This document shows, piece by piece, positions 53,550-64,000 of a DNA stretch of 64,000 bases (position 1 is the stretch's first letter; each line of letters opens with the position of its first letter). The notes under the pieces were generated by a model. It saw nothing but the letters and a program-made list of their open reading frames with translations. It did not search any database and had not been told where the DNA came from. The translations under genes were made by a program, and so were the position numbers. Origin of the DNA: Adineta vaga (taxonomy: Eukaryota; Animalia; Rotifera); assembly GCA_021613535.1 (NCBI GenBank), contig CP075492.1, positions 2,666,001-2,730,000 on the forward strand, given 5' to 3'.

Positions 53550-54731
53550 ATGCGATTTCTTCGATTTCTTTTATTTGCTTTGATTTCTTTTCATTCCAAT
53601 ATCCATGGAAAGAAAACTTATTCAATCAGAAATGCAAATGTAAAGATTATTCCAAATAGTTTTTATCAACCAGGATATTATAAACATTTCCTTGGTAGTC
53701 TTTTCAATATACAATCTTTATCAGATTGTATATATCAATGTCATGAAAATGAATATTGTCGAACAGCTATTTATTCATTCCAATCATTCATCTGTTTATT
53801 ATATGAAGAATTTAGTTTTCTTGGACAGATTCTTCCATCAACAGATCAATCGTTAATTAGTTTTTCATATTGTCCAGATCAATCAATCAATGAACTGACA
53901 CATGTTTGTTATGGTTCACAACTTCTATCTTCAGTAGCAATTGGAGATCTTTTTGATCAAATATTTGTTCAAACACCGATTGCAACATTTCCAGCATATG
54001 CACGATCATCGACATGGTCAACTACAATGGTTATATTTGCACCTATGTGGGGTGTTGATGTCTATTCAGCACATGATATTAATAATGATTATGTACGAAT
54101 GAAAAGACAAGCAATTGTACCTAACATAACTATTTTATCAATTGATTCAGATGATTTAGATTATTTTGCAATTGTTGAATCTTCTCCTGGAAGATTATAT
54201 CTGAGATCAAATTCAATGAATCAAACAATTTATCCAACAAAAATAAGAGGAACATGTATGTCTGATCAATATGTTGTTGTAATTCCATATTTCTCAACAA
54301 ATCAGACACTCTATGTTTATCATAAATTCAATAGAAGTCAAGCTTTTCTTTTACCATCACCTGCTAATGGTGTTGTGACTTGTTTAATATTAAATCAACG
54401 ATTATATATAGTTGGTTATCCACCAGATCCACCAATTCAATCAATACTACTCGATCCAAATCGAACAATAAATAACTATTCAATTGTTCTGAAAACAAAT
54501 CAGTGTCTACAAGCATTATATCCGTTAAACGTTGATTCATCTGGAAGATTATATAGTGTGTGCTTAAATAATACTGCTACACATATGATGATATTTACAA
54601 TAGATGGAACAATTCTTTCAAGAATTTATCATTCTTTTTTCAATTATACACAACTTGGAATAAAATTAACAAAATATCGTATTCAATATGCTGGAAGCAA
54701 TGCGACAAGTACAAATATTTATGAATTCTAA
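53550..54731 (+). CDS. Secreted PAN/Apple-like domain protein with probable beta-propeller C-terminus
   Basis: Signal peptide. SLSDCIYQCHENEYCRTAIY...CLLY (PAN Cys pattern). Beta-rich remainder. Single exon. Confidence 0.65.
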   Translation: MRFLRFLLFALISFHSNIHGKKTYSIRNANVKIIPNSFYQPGYYKHFLGSLFNIQSLSDCIYQCHENEYCRTAIYSFQSFICLLYEEFSFLGQILPSTDQSLISFSYCPDQSINELTHVCYGSQLLSSVAIGDLFDQIFVQTPIATFPAYARSSTWSTTMVIFAPMWGVDVYSAHDINNDYVRMKRQAIVPNITILSIDSDDLDYFAIVESSPGRLYLRSNSMNQTIYPTKIRGTCMSDQYVVVIPYFSTNQTLYVYHKFNRSQAFLLPSPANGVVTCLILNQRLYIVGYPPDPPIQSILLDPNRTINNYSIVLKTNQCLQALYPLNVDSSGRLYSVCLNNTATHMMIFTIDGTILSRIYHSFFNYTQLGIKLTKYRIQYAGSNATSTNIYEF

Positions 54732-54841
54732 GCAAAATTTTTCTTCTCGTAAAGCGTTTTAATATAACGTCATGAGGGTGTGGGTGAGAATGACGAGACA
54801 GCATAGAGATCTCTAAATCTTACCCACACTCTCAATTTCTA

Positions 54842-57800
54842 TTAGCTTTGAGAGTTTTCAGCAACCATCCATAATCGATAATATTCATTTTTTTGTGCTA
54901 GTAAACTTTCATGCGAACCTTGTTCCGATATATGACCTCGATTAAATACAAGAATTTGATCACAATGCTGAATAGTCGTTAAACGATGTGCAATAGTCAA
55001 TGATGTTTGATTTGAGATAGATCTTTGAACATTATCAAGTGCTTGTTGAACGAGCTAGAAAAAGAAATAAATAAAAATAACGTGTTAAAAATCTCTTACT
55101 TTTTCGGATATATTATCAAGAGCAGCAGTAGCTTCATCACATAGAAATAGAATTGGTTTACGAAGAAGAGCTCGTGCAATTGCAACACGTTGTCGTTCAC
55201 CTCCACTCAATTGTGAACCTTTGGAGCCACATATTGTTTCATAACCCTATATAATAATAAACAAAGTTAGAATTATTTAGACGTAACAACCTACCTTTGG
55301 CATATTAACAATAACATCATGTATATTCGCAAGTTTTGAAACATGATAAATTTCTTCATCGGTTACTGTTCGTTCCAATTGACCATAGGCAATATTATCT
55401 CGTATACTTAGATTAAACAGAACAGGTTCTTGTTGAACAACACCAATAATAGATCGTAACCATTGAATATTAAAATCACGTAAATCATGACCATCGAGTA
55501 GAATAGAACCTTTTCGGGGATCATAATAGCGAAGAAGAAGACTAACAACCGTCGATTTTCTATATATAGAAATATAAATATGAGTATTTCTTTCATGGGA
55601 TAAACTTACCCATAACCTGATTTTCCAATCAATGCAGATGATGTATGTGGTAAACAAGTATAAGAACAATCTCGTAATACTAACTTGTTCTGACGCATTG
55701 GATAAGAAAAATAAACATTTTTGAATTCAATTCTACCTTTAATCTGATCATTTGTCTATTAATAATAACATACAACTAACAAAGACTATTTTAAATAAGA
55801 AGATCTTACCAAAATGATACCTTTGTTTGTACTAATAGAAGGATCTAGATGATTGTCGTTTAATCAATGAAAAGATTCGTAGAGCTGCTGTTCGAGCTTT
55901 GGAATATTGAGGCATCATTGAAATACTTTGACCAACTGCTGTAGCAGCAAAAGTAATAACAATAAATATTCTAAAGGGAAAAAAAACGTCTAAAAGTTTT
56001 CTCTATAATTTAATTTCTACCGAAAAACTTCATCGACAGTCATTTCATTATTTTCAACTAATTTTGAACCATAGGTAAATGTTGCGATATGTAAAAAGAA
56101 AATTAAAGAATTTGATATACCATAACCGATAGCTCGTAGATGAATTTTAGGAAGAAAAGCACTAGATGACAATGAATTAAAACGACATTTTAGTTCAAAA
56201 TTACTTACGAAAAACTCTTATTAAATGCATTTTCAAATATTTCAATGAAATATTCTTCACATCCAAGTGACACGACAGTACGTATCTTATTAAATACTTC
56301 AGTTGCACACTATATTATAGTAGAGTCAAAATAGAAATGCATAGCAAAGAAAAATAATATGAACCTGTGCTCCTTGATCAGCCCAATTATTTGCTGATTT
56401 TGTTTTACCTGATTTCGACTGACTTTGTCCTTGTAAAAGACCGGAAAAAGCCATTAAAGGAGCAAAACAAAACATAACAAATGCTAATTTCCATCCTGCT
56501 TGAAATGAAATAACAATAGCTGTTACAAGAGCACCGACTGCTTGTAAGATTACTCCTATTCGAATTCCTGATAGGCCCTAGAAAAAGGCTCATTTATATC
56601 TAACCAATCATGTAGAGTATTCTTACTTTCAATGCTGATGCATCTGCCGAAAGTCGCGTAGTTAAAGCACTCACAGAATTTTTTTCCATATCAAAAAAGC
56701 CGATTTCTTGTCGAAGCATCGCTGAAAATGCCATTAGACGCATACGTTTAGTCAATCGTTCTCCTGAGACAGCAAATGCCCATATCATAGTCCATATAAA
56801 CATTCCATCGATTAGATGTAAGAAGAAAATGATTAAAGCAAGATTACGTGTTTGTTGAATTTGATTATCGAGATCAGTATTTGCATATTGATGATAAACA
56901 GATGAAAAAATAACACCAACTATTGGTTCAGTTGCACCAGCTAACATAGCAGCAACTGTACCAAAGATAATATATATCCATTCTGATCGATTAAAGCTAA
57001 GTAAACGAATAACTAAAGATCGATGATTACAACACAATCTTCTATTCTGTTTTGGTTTGGTAATAGATTGTTCATTGATATCTTCCATTACTTGGAGTTC
57101 ATCGAGATCTATTGAACTTGATAATGATGATGTTGTTCTCACTATAAGAATAAAGAATAAGTTTTATTTAAAATTTTCAATTGCATTCAGATTGATACTT
57201 ACAATTATTATTATTTAGTTCATGTTCAGAAATGATATCTTCATTAGGAATTTCTGTATTTAAAGTCAGTTCCTGTGCTTTGACCAATTGGAAGTAATGA
57301 TCTTCATTATGCATAAGTTGATCATGTGTACCAATTTCCACAATACCTTTGTGATGTTTCATTGTTATGATTAAATCAGCATTACGAATAGTCGAAAGAC
57401 GATGTGCTATAATAATTGTCGTACGACCTAATTTAGCTTGATTGAGAGCTTGTTGAACAATTCGTTCACTAGCATTGTCTATAATAACATATATAATCAA
57501 TAGAAATTTATTTTAGTATACCTAATGCTGAAGTTGCTTCGTCAAGAAGAAGAATCTTTGGATTGCCAACAAGTGCTCTTGCAATAGCTAGACGTTGTCG
57601 TTCACCACCAGACAATTTCTCATCAACAATGGTATTATAATTCTATTTATTGATGTAAAAACACTATTATAAGGAAATAATGTACAAATATTTAAAATTA
57701 TACTTGATCAAGTTTATTCATAATAAATTCATGAATATTTGCCATTTGACAAGCTTGAATTATTTCTTCTAATGTTGCATCTTCTTTTCCAAGACGAATA

Positions 57801-59905
57801 TTATCTTCGATGGAAATAGAAAATAATACTGGTTCTTGATTAACAATACCGATATTCGAACGAAGCCAAGCAAGATTTAATGATTCAATCGAATGATTAT
57901 CAATAAGAATCTTCATTATTGGATACGAAAAAAAGAAGATCAATCTATCTGTTTCAAGAAGAATTGAACTTTAATTACCTGACCCGATTTCGGATCATAG
58001 AATCTGAGTATCAATTGAATAATGGTACTTTCTATAATAAGATACAATATAAGATAATACTGAGGAAATATAACATGATTATGAAATATTACTTCCACAA
58101 CCTGTATCTCCAACAATAGCAACCGTTTGTCCTGCTACTATTCTAAAATTCAAATCTTTAAAAACCTATAAATTCAACAGTTTTGTATTCATAAGAATAG
58201 CAATCAAAATAGACTAACTTCAATATTACGAGATGGAAATTGAAATTGTACATGTTTAAATTCAATTGAGCCAACAAATGAATTCAAAATCTGACCAGTA
58301 TTGGACGATGAATCAATCGTAGATTTCTAAAATTTCATACAAATGACATTATATATATATATGATATTTTGAATAGAATTGTATCTATTACAATACCTGT
58401 TCGAGTAACTGTAAAATAACGTCGAATGTTCCGATTGATTCAGCAATGTATTGAATATTTGGAGTAAGTGTTGCTACACACATGATTGATGTTAAACTAG
58501 CCATAAAAATCTAATATGAAAGAATAAGAGAAAACAATCAATAAGAAAATATTTCTTACCACAATCAAATTTCCAGCAGAATACGCTGAAAACAAAACGA
58601 GATATGTAAGACATGATTGACTTTAATATATGATTATACCTGTGCATTCCGATCGTAATAAATATGGACCATACCATGCAGCTAATGCAAAAATAATTCC
58701 AACAGTTGTATTGGTTACGGCGACAAAGTCCAATAATAACACCTTTACGAATTCCTATTTTATATACTTTATTTAAACTATTTTCATATCTAAAATTAAT
58801 TTTGAATGAACAAAAAAATAAGAAATCGGAATTTCTTCGAAAAATTTACCTATTTTCCTCAGTTTTTTGTCCATTAAAAGCTGTTACCGTACGTATTGCA
58901 TCCAATACTTCATGGACAATTGTATTTGTTTCTGCACAGACTTTCGCTTCTTTAGTAGCAAATTTGACAATACTCTAGATATAAAAGAAATTAAATACTT
59001 TCTTATAATATATGTATAAGATATAACATACCTTAATAGTGATATTGAATGCAATGATAATCAGAGGAGCAATACTGATAAAAACAAGCGTTAATTTCCA
59101 ACCTTTGATTAAAGAAAAGACTACACAACCAATAGCTCTTGCCACTGATGAAATGAATTCAATCATTTTATCTGACATGCCCTCTTTGATTTTATCTAAT
59201 TCTTCAATAAGATGATTACTCAAAGAACCTGTACTCTGTTGATCAAACCATCCGATATTTTCATGTAAAATATGACGAAATAAAAGAAATCTAATATGAA
59301 GATACAGATCATAAATATATAACTATTCTTATACCGTATACGTCGAATTTGACGTTCAGCTGATGTTAACCAACAAGAAAAACAAAGCCAATAGAAGAAA
59401 ATATTTAAAAAGCCAAGTATCAAATACCATTTGAGAACGGCAAAAATTTCTTCATGTGGCCGTATGTTTAGATTTAAAATTTGAATACTATTGAGAAAAT
59501 AAAGAAGATGTTTCGTGTTCGTGAGATTCGCTACACTGAGATCTTACCATCCAGAAGAGCCTTGCTGGAAAAGGCTACTATTTGAAAAATTTCCTCCATT
59601 TTGTGTGTGAATACTCTTGATTTTACTATAATCTATCATAATATTAGCAACTTTTTGATAGACTTGAAGCATTACAGGAAATATAACTGCTATTGCCAAA
59701 GCAGCTAAGAAACCAATAGATAAGAGAATAATGTCAAATTTATCAGCAAATCCAAACTGTAATAAATAATACCATATGAAATACTTCAAATTAGAATATT
59801 TTACAAATCAGTTTATACCAATTCATGAACTTTTCGTATTCTTCTTTGTGATGTTTCGGATATAGTAAGTTTCTTTCTCTTGAAGAACCTGTATATACGC
59901 GTCAT
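54842..59905 (-). CDS. ABCB1: Full-length ABCB (P-glycoprotein/MDR1-like) exporter, many exons
   Basis: [35 protein letters not shown](K)[18 protein letters not shown] twice, [36 protein letters not shown] at 59905, TAA at 54844-54842. The symbol denotes subfamily, not proven orthology. Confidence 0.92.
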
Positions 59906-60813
59906 TAATCATAGATAATATCAGTGCGAATTTGATTTCATATTGTTCTTACCCGTTGATTTGACAACAAAAACGCATATTGAACCAATAGAGAGAAATA
60001 TTAAGACGCAAATGAATGAGTTGAAATTGAAATGTTTCTGTGAGAAAGGAAGAGAAATCAAGATTAACAATGACGCAGTCAATTCTTTTCTTCCATATTT
60101 CGATGTTTCAATTTTCAACGACGCCAAAAAAATGACGTTGTTGATATTTATATAAAATATCTGTCATTTGTTTTATGCGCAGAAAAGAAACGACAAATGT
60201 CCTGAAAAAGAAAAGGAAGTGATTCTAACGTATAAATATGTTCTGAAATAACAAAACCAGTATAATGTTGTTAGTAAGTACACTACATAGAGAACTAGGA
60301 GTATATAAGCATATTTTTCTTCTTGGAATCGTTCTCTTGAGAAAAAAAATATTCTCATAATTTACATGAAAACATATGAAGCAGTATACTTCAATCCAGG
60401 TAACGCTTTATTAACAAGAAGCTTGATAGAGTATAAGATCCCTATAAAATTCTTGATCAAATATATTATTTTTGCAAGTAATAAAAATCTCATTAATAAA
60501 TTCGGTAGTTGAATGTCTGATTGATTGAGTATAAAGTCACTGAGGAGAAATTAAGAGAAAAAGAAAAATCTCATTCAGATATTCGCAGCCATCTCAACTA
60601 TATAAATAATGTGAATGGTTGAAATGATCTGCAGAAAAATGATTCTGCTGTTGTGAACATTTCTAGACATATTCTTCCCATTTTCACTCACTTATAGTAA
60701 CAGAAAAACATATCATAATTTAAAGGGATCTACATTATCCCCGATTTGCGAGATATGTGACACAGTTCTTATTTCAAACACGTTTTTTTTCTTCTTTTTA
60801 GTAATCTACGACA

Positions 60814-63800
60814 ATGAATTCTAATAGTCTTCGCTTGACTAGTGAAAAGATCGATGATGAAGATTTTGCTGAACGTTTCTGTCAAGTCGCATGTAATCCA
60901 ACAGCGATTTGTATCATTCCTGATGAAACTTTCGGAAATCCATCAGAATATACTTATGGAACCATATATGATATGGTTTGTCAATTTCAACAAGAATTAC
61001 AAGCTATGCTTATCGAACCGAAAGGACTGATTGCTATTTGTATGGAACGAAGTGTTAATATAATTATAAGTGTATTAGCTTGTCTTCTTCGTCGATCTCC
61101 ATTCTTACTCATCGAACCATCTACACCGATGGCACGTCTTAAAATTATACTCAATGATGGAAAACCTGTATTATTAATTACTGATGAACAATTTTCAATT
61201 ATTCGTACTGATTTACCTACTTCAATGATTATTCGTTCCTATAAAGATATACAAAATCAAGAACATAAATCAAATGTTCATAAATCACTCGAAATACATT
61301 CATGTGATGATATAATGTATATTATGTATACATCAGGTTCAACTGGACAACCAAAAGGAGTCATAGTACCTTATCGAGCAATGTATAATCGATTTCGATG
61401 GATGTGGAAAGCTTATCCATGGACTACAAATGGTGTACAATTATGGAAAACATCAGTAGTATTCGGTGATTGTATATGGGAAATGCTTGGTGCTCTACTT
61501 TCTGGTGTGCCAACTGTCATAGGTTCTGCAACTACCGTTCGTGATCCATGTTTACTATTAAAATTAATTGAACAAAAAGCTATTACACGTATTACACTGA
61601 TTCCAACGATGCTTTCCTCTTTACTCAAACTATTACCTACAATGTCGGAATCGTGTATTCAATCATTGCGTTATGTTATTGTCAGTGGTGAAGCATTACC
61701 AAAAGCTGTATGTAAACAATTTTTATCATTATCATTAAATGCTCTCCTACTTAACCTATATGGTTCTACTGAAATTGGTAATGATGCAACATATTATGAA
61801 GTACGTCATGTAAATGATGAATATGATACTATTCCTATTGGAAAAACCATTACTAATATGTATTATAAGATTGTTAATGATGAATTATGGATAGCTGGTG
61901 ATGGACTTTGTCGTGGCTATTTAAATGATACTGAAAAAACAGCATGTAAATTTATATGTGATATTGATGGAAATCGTTATTTTAAAACAGGTGATTGTGT
62001 ACGTGAATGTATTCAAATCGGTGAATTGTTATTTTTTGGTCGAATTGATAATGTACAAGTCAAAATTCGTGGAGCACGTGTTGAATTGGAAGAAGTAGAA
62101 GCTATTTGTATGCAACATCCTTTAGTTCAAGAATGTGCTTGTTTTGTTCATGAAAAAAAAGCTCAATTGATTGCAATTATATATAGTACATCATCTGAAT
62201 TGTTGACAAATGAACTTCGACAATGGCTTTCTGAACAATTACCTGAATTTGAAGTACCATCTGTATTCATTTTCGTAAATGAACCTTTGCATCGAACAGC
62301 AAGTGGAAAAATTGATCGTAAACATTTAATTATTACATATGAAAATTGGAATAATGACAAGAATTCGAAACAACCTGTAATCAATACTTTAAACGATCAA
62401 AATGTAGAACGAATCATAAATTTATGGTGTAAAACATTAGAAATTTCAAAAATCAATCATTTAACATTTACTGAACTTGGTGGTCATTCACTTCTTGCTA
62501 TTCAACTTCAATGTGACATTCAATTTGAATTTAATATTCACGTACCGATCGAACAATTTTTTTGCCATACAACTCTTGATAATTTAATTGAATTTATCAA
62601 TCAATCAACACCGAAACAATCCATTTCTTTACCAAGTAAAAATGATTGTGAAAAAGTTCCATTAACACTTGTTCAGAAAAGTATCTGGATTGCCGATGAA
62701 CTTCAGAATAATCTGACAACACCAGTTTATACTGTAACGTGTGCATTCGAAATTTTATCCAATGATATATCAAATGAACGAATCAAGAAAGCAATTTCTA
62801 TTCTAATACAACGACATGATAGTCTACGTACAATTTTTTCTCGTGATACATCCGGTGAAATGTATCAAACAGTTACACTATTAAATAGTGAACATTTAAC
62901 TATAGCTGATAAAAGTATCTATCAAGAAATTACATTTGAAGATATCAATGAAATTGATCAAATCTTAAATCAATTATCGAAACAAAAATTTTATCTCGAT
63001 CAACCTCAACCACTTTGTCGATTTTATCTTTATTTAAATGCCAATTGTCGAATACTTGCAATTGTACTTCATCATCTCATCATTGATGGTTGGTCAATTG
63101 ATATTTTAACACATGATTTAGAAGCAATTTTATTAGAACAAAATCTTCCACCGATTACAATGCAATTCTATCAATATGCCATAATGGAACGTGAACTAAG
63201 TGCTTCAGCATATGATGATGATCTCATTTATTGGAAAAAACAATTAAGTAATGGAATGTTAACAGCAACACGTCTTCTTCATGATCATGAACCATTATCC
63301 ATAGATAATTCAACAATAGGACGTGTTCAAATCATATTTCCATCTGATATAACGAATTTAATTTATAATATATGCAAAGATAAAGATGTAACACCATTTA
63401 TGATCTTACTAACAACATTTGGTTCATTATTAACACGTTATACACAAGAAACAGATATAATCATTGGTACTCCTGTAGCAAATCGTACTCGATCAGAAAT
63501 CGAACATACTATTGGCATGTTTACAAATATGTTGGTATTACGAATGGACTTATCAACAAATCCTAACTTTAATGATCTATTATCTCAAACAAAAAAGACA
63601 GTACTCGAAGCATTTACTCATCAATCGTTACCATTTGTTAGTTTGTTAAGTGCACTTGAATATAAACAACGAAATCAATATCAAGATACATTCTTTCAAA
63701 TTATGTTAGCCTATCAAAATGTTGGAAATAAATCAAGAAATATCTTCCGAAAAATGACAATACATGAACAAACGGCGAAATTTGAACTTGATGTTCAAAT

Positions 63801-64000
63801 ATGGCCAGAAGCAGATAGTATGTTAATTGAAGCTTATTTTCGATTGGATCTTTTTAATACGAATACAATTGAACGATTTCTTGAACATTGGCTTCAACTT
63901 ACACGTTCAGCTTTATCTAAACCAATAGATTCACATATTCATTGGCCAATGACAATAACGAATGAAATATTATCAATTTCATCTCAAGAATCGAATAGAA
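60814..64000 (+). CDS. Non-ribosomal peptide synthetase (A-T-C..., truncated by window end)
   Basis: Frame from ATG 60814 appears open to 64000. A domain: YIMYTSGSTGQPKG, SGE, NLYGSTE, YFKTGD, GRID.QVKIRGARVELEEVE, SGKIDR. T domain: FTELGGHSL (Ser at 62488). C domain: RHDSLRT, HHLIIDGWS, IGTPVANR, IGMFTN, HQSLPF. Confidence 0.95.
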   Translation, partial: MNSNSLRLTSEKIDDEDFAERFCQVACNPTAICIIPDETFGNPSEYTYGTIYDMVCQFQQELQAMLIEPKGLIAICMERSVNIIISVLACLLRRSPFLLIEPSTPMARLKIILNDGKPVLLITDEQFSIIRTDLPTSMIIRSYKDIQNQEHKSNVHKSLEIHSCDDIMYIMYTSGSTGQPKGVIVPYRAMYNRFRWMWKAYPWTTNGVQLWKTSVVFGDCIWEMLGALLSGVPTVIGSATTVRDPCLLLKLIEQKAITRITLIPTMLSSLLKLLPTMSESCIQSLRYVIVSGEALPKAVCKQFLSLSLNALLLNLYGSTEIGNDATYYEVRHVNDEYDTIPIGKTITNMYYKIVNDELWIAGDGLCRGYLNDTEKTACKFICDIDGNRYFKTGDCVRECIQIGELLFFGRIDNVQVKIRGARVELEEVEAICMQHPLVQECACFVHEKKAQLIAIIYSTSSELLTNELRQWLSEQLPEFEVPSVFIFVNEPLHRTASGKIDRKHLIITYENWNNDKNSKQPVINTLNDQNVERIINLWCKTLEISKINHLTFTELGGHSLLAIQLQCDIQFEFNIHVPIEQFFCHTTLDNLIEFINQSTPKQSISLPSKNDCEKVPLTLVQKSIWIADELQNNLTTPVYTVTCAFEILSNDISNERIKKAISILIQRHDSLRTIFSRDTSGEMYQTVTLLNSEHLTIADKSIYQEITFEDINEIDQILNQLSKQKFYLDQPQPLCRFYLYLNANCRILAIVLHHLIIDGWSIDILTHDLEAILLEQNLPPITMQFYQYAIMERELSASAYDDDLIYWKKQLSNGMLTATRLLHDHEPLSIDNSTIGRVQIIFPSDITNLIYNICKDKDVTPFMILLTTFGSLLTRYTQETDIIIGTPVANRTRSEIEHTIGMFTNMLVLRMDLSTNPNFNDLLSQTKKTVLEAFTHQSLPFVSLLSALEYKQRNQYQDTFFQIMLAYQNVGNKSRNIFRKMTIHEQTAKFELDVQIWPEADSMLIEAYFRLDLFNTNTIERFLEHWLQLTRSALSKPIDSHIHWPMTITNEILSISSQESNR

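Noticed and set aside
60842-62384. Short ORFs 60842+, 61413-, 62163-
   Set aside because: Off-frame or antisense to the NRPS frame.
1-64000. Bacterial origin or contamination of the whole window; rRNA/tRNA genes
   Set aside because: Spliceosomal introns, GPCRs and eukaryotic TEs are interleaved with the bacterial-type genes at similar base composition. No RNA genes recognised by eye.

Overview
AT-rich eukaryotic genomic DNA with short GT-AG introns. Gene content (ART-domain proteins, NHL and FG-GAP repeat proteins, orphan GPCRs, many bacterial-type enzymes, an NRPS) and TGTGGG-type repeats point to a bdelloid rotifer, Adineta-like (inference). The window holds about 22 genes or pseudogenes, a decayed hAT transposon, a complete non-autonomous Helitron and a long-TIR element inserted in a coding exon. 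Main points: (1) an intron-free A-T-C... NRPS, missed by the ORF track because it runs off the right edge, with a beta-alanine-type A-domain signature, head-to-head with a full-length ABCB/P-glycoprotein exporter; (2) two large genes each built from exactly three tandem 2-TM/Cys-rich-ectodomain modules, possibly single-chain pseudo-trimeric channel-like proteins; (3) a dispersed palindromic telomere-like motif (TGAGGGTGTGGGTG...CACCCACACCCTCA) often at gene 3' ends; (4) a TIR element that could be spliced out in frame using splice sites in its own TIRs; (5) small hydrophilic peptides missed by the ORF track, one with a dehydrin-like Ser tract. Exon boundaries were read by eye, family assignments are from motif recognition, and no searches were run.
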